64,000 nucleotides of DNA from assembly GCF_009914755.1 (NCBI RefSeq), contig NC_060927.1; one strand, written 5' to 3'. The notes beneath the pieces were generated by a model. The model had not been told where the DNA came from. It saw only the letters and a program-made list of their open reading frames with translations, and did not search any database. This DNA is from the human T2T-CHM13v2.0 reference genome, Homo sapiens. Shown here in pieces: positions 52,813 to 64,000 of this stretch (the stretch's first letter is position 1; every line of letters starts with the position of its first letter). A program made the position numbers and the translations under genes.

Positions 52813-53193
52813 TGATCGACTGCGTGGATGCTTGGATAAAATTATATTCGAGAAAAGTTGGAAACCAGCTGTTAGGAAGACACTGCTGCCTCAGTGTCTT
52901 TCTTCGCATAGGGCTTTGGCAGAAAAAAGCTAGCAACACTGGTCAGTTACTGTATGCACTGTTGTCTAAAGTGGCAAGTGTGTCAAAGGTTACAAATCTG
53001 AATGAGTTCAGACTAAAGCAAAATAAACAGTGTGCCTCCCTGTGTGAGTAGCCTAAGGTGCATTGAAAAAGACTGGGATGTGTTTTATTTTTTTCTATTA
53101 GATAGCATTAACTTACTGTTGAAGTATTTTTGGTGGAGTATTAGTGACAAGCCATTGAGTCTTAAGCCTTACGGCTTCCTATAAAATCACTAA

Positions 53194-53367
<174 letters not shown>

Positions 53368-53971
53368 TAGCAGTTATATTGAATACTGCCTGGGGATGGT
53401 GGGAGAGAGAGATTAAGCAACTTTTCTGATTGTACTTAGGTGAGCTGTCTCGTATATAAAACAGGGTTTGTGATTTTTACTAATCTTGGTGAAGAGTAAT
53501 TGCTTGAAAGACTTGTCTTTGTTACAAATGCGTGTGTATATACTGGAAGTACTTGTGGAACCTAAGCTTTAAAGCGGCAAGAATATGCAGAAGAGACCAA
53601 ATGTGGCCTGCACAGCCTAAAATATATACTAAATATTTTTAAAGCTAAACGTTGCTGAGCTCTCAGTTGTATGGAAAAAGATAAGGTCCCCAAACCCTAA
53701 ATTTTGTTACCCAGATATTAACATATTCCTGCCCTAGTCAGGAATGGAGTATTAAGAGGGAATGATGTGTTTCAGTCTATGTGTGTTGTTTTAGCAAGTC
53801 TACATTATCTCATTACACTTGTGATAGTCTAGGGAGAAATGCTTAGTAAATAACTTGAGTAGTAAAAGACTCTTGTCTGGTGGTGAACTAGAGTTGAGAA
53901 TTAAAATTCTTTCTGACTTGCTGCTATAGGCAATGTGGGAGATTGACCTTGGGCCTTTTTTCCTATTCTAG

Positions 53972-54277
<306 letters not shown>

Positions 54278-54306
54278 TATAAGTAAAGTTTGTAAAATTC
54301 ATACTT

Positions 54307-55613
54307 AATAAACAATTTAGGACAGTCATGTCTGCTTACAGGTGTTATTTGTCTGTTAAAACTAGTCTGCAGATGTTTCTTGAATGCTTTGTCAAATTAA
54401 GAAAGTTAAAGTGCAATAATGTTTGAAGACAATAAGTGGTGGTGTATCTTGTTTCTAATAAGATAAACTTTTTTGTCTTTGCTTTATCTTATTAGGGAGT
54501 TGTATGTCAGTGTATAAAACATACTGTGTGGTATAACAGGCTTAATAAATTCTTTAAAAGGAGAGAACTGAAACTAGCCCTGTAGATTTGTCTGGTGCAT
54601 GTGATGAAACCTGCAGCTTTATCGGAGTGATGGCAATGCTCTGCTGGTTTATTTTCAAGTGGCTGCGTTTTTTTTAGTTTGGCAGGTGTAGACTTTTTAA
54701 GTTGGGCTTTAGAAAATCTGGGTTAGCCTGAAGAAAATTGCCTCAGCCTCCACAGTACCATTTTAAATTCACATAAAAGGTGAAAGCTCCTGGTTCAGTG
54801 CCATGGCTTCATGGCATTCAGTGATTAGTGGTAATGGTAAACACTGGTGTGTTTTGAAGTTGAATGTGCGATAAAATTATTAGCCTTAAGATTGGTAAGC
54901 TAGCAATGAATGCTAGGGTGGGAAGCTGGTGAGCCAGTGGCCATTAGATAAATACCTTTCAAGTGTGAGCTTAGACGTCAACCCTAAAATACTTAACCGT
55001 AATGCTAATTGTGATCATTATGAATCCCTTCAGTCACATTAGGGGGAAAGTAGTTGGCTATAAGTACGTCATTCTTAGTCCAGTCAGTCTTAAAAACATC
55101 TTGGGTTACCCACTCTGTCCACTCCCATAGGCTACAGAAAAAGTCACAAGCGCATGGTTTCCAACCATATGTGTTTTCTGCAGTTATTTCTCTTGTTCTG
55201 GCCAAACAACCCTAAAAATCCTTACCATTCCACAAAGTTGGACCATCACTTGTGCACCCACTTTGACTATGAGTATACCACCACATTGCATTTCTGTTTG
55301 CACCATGTCTTCCAGGAGACTAGACTACTGTTGTCCAGGGTCAATTTGAGTGTAAAGAAAATGTAGACAAGGAATTGCCCAATTTTAAATTCTGACTTTG
55401 CTGACTTAATTTAAATGCTCGTTCTGAACCAATTTTCTCCTATCTTCTCTAGGGGTTTCAAAAGACTCAGTTAATTGATTTCCAGGAAGTACTCATAGCA
55501 AGTTCATAAAAGTTCTTGAGACCTAAATTTCTTCACAAAAAAAGAAAAGATCTTAAGTCATACATTTTAATTGTGTAGAGGTTGTTCAACTGAAGGAATA
55601 AATGTCTATTAAA
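54307..55613 (+). terminator. RPL15: RPL15 proximal and distal poly(A) signals
   Basis: AATAAA at 54307-54312 (30 nt after the stop), 54544-54549 and 55597-55602; ATTAAA at 55608-55613. Confidence 0.7.
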
Positions 55614-55811
55614 CTAAAACAAATGGACCTTCTGTTATTTTTTGTCATCTTACAGTGCTAATGTACTTTAAAGCAAACCAAATGCCCTAACCAGCAAAAA
55701 GGCATCAAAATGTGATTATAGAAATAATATAATTTGAGATAGCATAAAATGTACTTATTCTCTCAGTTCTTTGATCATTGCATGAATTAGGTTTTTATCT
55801 AAAACTGTTCA

Positions 55812-58294
<2,483 letters not shown>

Positions 58295-59205
58295 GGAACT
58301 TCATTCTTTTGGTATAACTGCATGGTATCCCATCATGTGGATGTACCATGATTCATTGGATGTGGACCCTCCTGATGGACATTTAAATTTCTTCCAATCT
58401 GTTGCTATTACAAAAAGAAAAATGTGTGCATACATCTTTATTCATCTGTAGAATAAATTCTTAGAAGTAGAATGGCAGAGTTAAAAATTGTATGTATATA
58501 ATTTTTTATAGATATTGCCAAATTGTCTTCCATAAAAGTTGAACCAATTTTCACTACCACCAGCAAAGTAGGAGAGGACTTGTTTATCCACACCCTCTTT
58601 AATGTATGTAATCAAATTTTGGGATATCTGCCAGTCTGTTAGGGGGAAATGATACTCTTCTCTACTTTTATTTTGCATTCTGAGTGTGGCAGAGGCAAAG
58701 CTATGTGCATACCATAGCTTTTTCTCCCCCTGAAAACACAACTAAACTACATTGTTTTCCTGGCCTCTCATGCATTTAGGTTGGGGTCATATTACTTCCC
58801 TCCAAGAAAAACAACAGTTGGTATGCCTCCTCCACACTTCCCACAACTGTGGAAGCCAGTGATCCAGATAGCATAGCTATTAATACAAGATGGGTGAAAG
58901 CTGCTCAACCGCATCAGACAGCATGAGTGGTAAGATTTTATTGTGTCAAACGACTGCATTAGTTGTGTTTTGTTATTATGGCAGCATAGCCTAGCTTAGC
59001 CCTAACTAATTCAATAAATAAAGTTGAGCATTATTTGTACATTTAAAAGCGTTTTTTATGTTTGCTTTACAGTGGCTTTCCACTTTTCTATCAGAGAATC
59101 CCCCCTCCCTTATGTACCATGCTATATTAATAAATTGGAAGGAGCTGCTAGCTCATTTCTCCTATGCTTCATAATTTTTCTGCTCATGAGATTCTTATTT
59201 TTTGA

Positions 59206-59337
<132 letters not shown>

Positions 59338-60012
59338 TAATTTTTTTGTACTTTTAGTAGAGGCGGGTTTGCACCATGTTTGCCAGGCTGGTCTATTACC
59401 CCTGATCTCAGGTGATCTGCGCCCGTCTTGGCCTCCCAAAGTGCTGGGATTACAGGAATAAGCCACCAAGCCTGGCCCTGCTCATAAGATTCTTGAAGGT
59501 AACTTTATGTAGAATAAATTCTTCAAATTTCAACTGTTCATTTTCGCCTTTCAATTCTAAGTTCTGATTTCATCTTTAAGTTCTGAAATTCCTAAACCAA
59601 ATTAGTAGCTATATTGTATCAGGCAGACTAAATGAGGCAACAGTAATAGCCTCCAAATTTCAGTGGCTTAAAATAATAAAGATTTGTTTCTTGATCATAC
59701 TTCATGTATGTTAAAGATTGTTCTCACTCTAGAATCCAGACTGTTAGAACAGACACTATCTGGAACATTGCGAGGTGTCCATGGCAGAGGGCAAAGAGCA
59801 TGGCGTAGAACACCCTAACCTGTAAAGCTTCTGCTCAGGTTGTCCCATGGCTACTCCTGGGTTCAAAGGGTGGGGAAGTGATATCTTCCAGTGCTTGGAA
59901 GGAGAGAGAGAATCAAATATTTGTGAACAGCTCTAATGTCTACCACATACACTAATCCATTTCGTTTCTCTTTAGTCTTTGTACCCATTTGAAGTATTAT
60001 GGAAAACAGCTA

Positions 60013-60300
<288 letters not shown>

Positions 60301-61150
60301 TCAGGAGGCTAAGGTGGGAGAATCACCTGAGCTTGGGAAGTTGAAGCTGCGGTGAGCCAAGACTGCGCCACTGCACTTCAGCCTGGTTGACAGAGTAAGA
60401 CTCTGTCTCAAAAAAATAAATAAATAAATAAATAAATGTACTTTTACTCAGTTTTTGTTGTTTTACAATTCTCCTACAGACAATGCATTCCCTTATTGAG
60501 TTAATTCATTTGGTAAAATATGGTTATCTGCATACAACTCTGCAACCAATTCATTTGACACTTTATTATGTGATAGCTTCCTTGCTGTATACCCACAAAT
60601 ATTCACTGAAAAATACTTTAGCTGTATGCTTTTCAATATGATAGCCACTAGCCATCTGTGACTTTTAAAATTTAAATAGGATTTAAAAGTCAGTTCTCCA
60701 GTCATATTAGTTACATTTCAAATGCTCAGTGGGCACATTGGCTACCACGTTGGACAGCACAGAAAATATTTTGACCATCACAGAAATTTCTGTTGTATAG
60801 TGCCAATTTATTTATTTTTATTTTTATTTATTTATTTATTTTTTGAGACAGCGTCTTGCTCTGTCGCCCAGGCTGGAGTGCAGTGGCACAATCTTGGCTC
60901 ACTGTAACCTCTGCCTCCCAGGTTCAAGCAATTCTCCCTGCCTCAGCCTCCCAAGTAGCTGGGATTACAGGCACCCGCCACCACGCCCAGCTAATTTTTG
61001 TGTTTTTAGTAGAGACAGGGTTTCGCCGTGTTGGCCAGGCTGGTCTCAAACGCCTGACCTTAGGTGATCCACCTGCCTTGGACTCCCAAAGTGCTGGGAT
61101 TATAGGTATGAGCCATGGCGCCCGGCCATAGTACTGACTTAGACCCTTGA

Positions 61151-61298
61151 AATTCTTCTTTATTTCTTCTTCTTTCTTCTTCCTCCTCCTCCTTCCTCCT
61201 CCTCCTCTTGCTCCTCGTCCTCCTCTTCTCTCTTTTTTCTCTTCTTCCTCTTTCTCTCCTTCTCTTTCCTCTTCCTCTTCTTCCTCTTCTTTTTTTTT
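61151..61298. repeat. (CTT/CCT)n pyrimidine-rich low-complexity tract
   Basis: About 150 bp almost purely C/T. Confidence 0.9.
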
Positions 61299-61991
61299 GT
61301 GTCATTCTCTAGTAGATGAAGATGAGGCATATGAAGTCTAGTTTTACCGTAAAAAGTTTGATGTATAGATTTCATATGAGAATAGTATTTGTTGCTATAG
61401 ATATTTTAATTGTATAATTACCACTTCCTTTGTCAGGGCGATTTTAGGTTTTTAGAAGTTTTTGATAAGAGTTTTATCCCAATGGTACAAACTGTAGAAG
61501 AATGAACTGCTACAACACCTTTTCTAAGAAAAAAGGTTTTGGTCGAAAAAGACCTTTAGTTTTCCATTTGCTGCAATTTGGCTGCATCTTTTGCCAAACT
61601 GTTGGACCTTTGAAATCAGTTTTATAAATATTCATCATTCAGAGAAGAAACAATTCTTTGGATTTGTCCTAGAAGGATCAAGCTGGCCTGAAATACCAAT
61701 AGGGGGTGACATGCACCAACAAGCTACACTTTGACCATCAGCTGCCCCAAACAGGATGAAATCCATGTCGCAGTTTTTAACCAAGCAACACTCTCCACAG
61801 CCCCAACATCATTCCAGTTCAGCCTTGGGAAGGCTGACTAGACATTTAGCTTCTCCATCGATTTTAGTTATTCTTATTAATGATGCAGTGAACATCATCA
61901 CTATACATATAGTTTTCAACCTATTTTTATATAAGAAAAATAAACTGAAAATAAAGCCTTTTAGTATAAAATGCTGCTCAAGTTTTCTTTA

Positions 61992-62129
<138 letters not shown>

Positions 62130-62556
62130 CTATATTTCTTAGTTGAGGAAAGAAAAAAAAACCTACTGCGAAGGTGCTATAGTTGGCTTGTGACATTAAA
62201 CCTCATAATCAAAGCATTCAAACTTAACGAAATGCTGTAGCTGGAATGCACACTTCAGCTCACTCTGAAATCCTGGCAAACGGCAACTCACTCCTCCAAA
62301 ACTGATGAAAGCATTTGATTTAATTGGCATGCTGTGAACATCTGAACTCATTTATTGGCAATTCTCATTGTCATTTGGAGAGAAGTTCATTATTTGGCAG
62401 TCCTAGTTAGTTAGAGACATTAACTGATGGATGATGTAATTATCAGTCATCAAATCACGAAACTTGTTTCTATGAGAGTGTAAACATACTATTTAGCTTC
62501 CCGAGGTTGATTATTAACTAAGCTAGGATGTTTTGCTTATCAAAAAGAAAGATTCA

Positions 62557-62697
<141 letters not shown>

Positions 62698-62849
62698 TTA
62701 AACAATTAGCCTGGTCTGGTGGTGCATGCCAGTAGTACCAGATATGCAGGAGGCTGAGGTGGAAGAATTGCTTGAGCCTGGGAAGTCGAAGCTACAGTGA
62801 GCCATGTTGGTGCCACTGCACTCCAGCCTAGGTAACAAAACAAGACACA

Positions 62850-62876
62850 CTCTCTCTCCTCTCTCTCTCTACACAC

Positions 62877-62909
<33 letters not shown>

Positions 62910-62918
62910 ACACACACA
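62850..62918. repeat. Compound (CT)n(CA)n microsatellite at an AluJ 3' end
   Basis: Directly visible. Confidence 0.9.
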
Positions 62919-63067
62919 GTTCATCTGAGCCAGGAATGGTAGCCCACACCTGTAGTCTCAGCTACTCAAGAGGCTGAGGCAGGAGAACCCAGGAGGCAGA
63001 GGTTGCAGTGAGGCAAGATTGCACCACTGCACTCCAGCCTGGGCAACAGAGCAAGACTCTGTCTCAA

Positions 63068-63070
63068 AAA

Positions 63071-63109
<39 letters not shown>

Positions 63110-63110
63110 A
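63068..63110. repeat. (TAAA)n tetranucleotide repeat in an Alu tail
   Basis: Directly visible. Confidence 0.9.
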
Positions 63111-63775
63111 TGTTATCATTTGAATACCATTAGTGCTTAGTAACTCTCCAATCCCCCATAACTCTTTGGTGAACTGACATTAAGTTTCTAAATATATAAA
63201 ATGTAATTTACATTCTTAATTCTGATATGTGTCATGTTTGGCTTGTACAGAAAAATAAAGATCCTGTTGCATCTTGAAAAAAATGTTCATACTAATTTTT
63301 TTCCTAGAAACACTGTAATTTCAGATAATGCCATATGTGGAAGCTGACTCCAAGTCAAGATTTGTTTGCTAGTTTTTCATTACTGAAGTGCTTTTAGGAG
63401 AAACCGACAAGGGCATGAGGAAGTCAGACCAAAAAAACAGAAGCCTCAAAGTATGATTTAGGCTTAAAAAAAAAAAAAAAAAAAAGGCCGGGCGCTGTGA
63501 CTCACACCTGTAATCCTAGCACTTTGGGAGGCCGAGAAGGGTGGATTGCCTGAGCTCAGGAGTACAAGACCTGCCTAGGCAACACGGTGAAGCCCCGTTT
63601 CTAATAAAATACAAAAAATTAGCCAGGTGTGGCGGTGTGCGCTGAGCCTGTAGTCCCAGCCACTTGGTAGGCTGAAGCAGGAGAATTGCTAGAACCCAGG
63701 AGGCAGAGGTTGCAGTGAACCGAGATCGTGCCACTGCGCTCCAGCCTGGGCGACAGAGCGAGACTCCATCTCTTT

Positions 63776-63809
<34 letters not shown>

Positions 63810-64000
63810 TATATTTAAAACAAAAATTAAAATTAACTGTAAAAACCATGTTTTGTGCCAGGCGTGGTGGCTCATGCCTGTAATCCCAGCACTTTGGGAG
63901 GCTGAGAGGGGCAGACCACTTGAGGTCAGGAGTTCGAGACCAGCCCGGTCAACGTGGTAAAACCTCGTCTCTACTAAAAGTACAAAAAAATTAGCAGGGC

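Noticed and set aside
61060-61375. Arg/Glu/Lys-rich and Ser-rich ORFs
   Set aside because: Translation of the CT-rich simple repeat.

Overview
This is primate, almost certainly human, genomic DNA from the UBE2E1-NKIRAS1-RPL15 locus (human 3p24, from recall). It holds the last three coding exons and 3' UTR of UBE2E1 (+), the complete NKIRAS1 gene (-, 192 aa) and the complete RPL15 gene (+, 204 aa). UBE2E1 and NKIRAS1 converge tail-to-tail, and NKIRAS1 and RPL15 share a CpG-island bidirectional promoter. The rest is repeat-rich: a full-length SVA with a 16-bp TSD, a solo LTR12 (ERV9), about 45 Alus, an L1 ORF2 fragment, hAT/Tigger DNA transposons and old MaLR, L1M and L2 relics. I see no evidence of a new multi-gene system. 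The best leads are RNA-processing and retrotransposition oddities: (1) a candidate intronic terminal exon of UBE2E1; (2) a 122-nt Alu-derived 5' UTR exon and a GC-AG intron in NKIRAS1, with inverted Alus flanking exons; (3) an AG|GTAAG re-splicing site at the RPL15 start-codon exon; (4) a TSD-bounded composite Alu insertion carrying foreign sequence; (5) an L1-Alu chimera with a micro-inversion; (6) a possible LTR12-to-SVA antisense unit. Repeat subfamily names and old-repeat boundaries are recalled from consensus sequences and are approximate.
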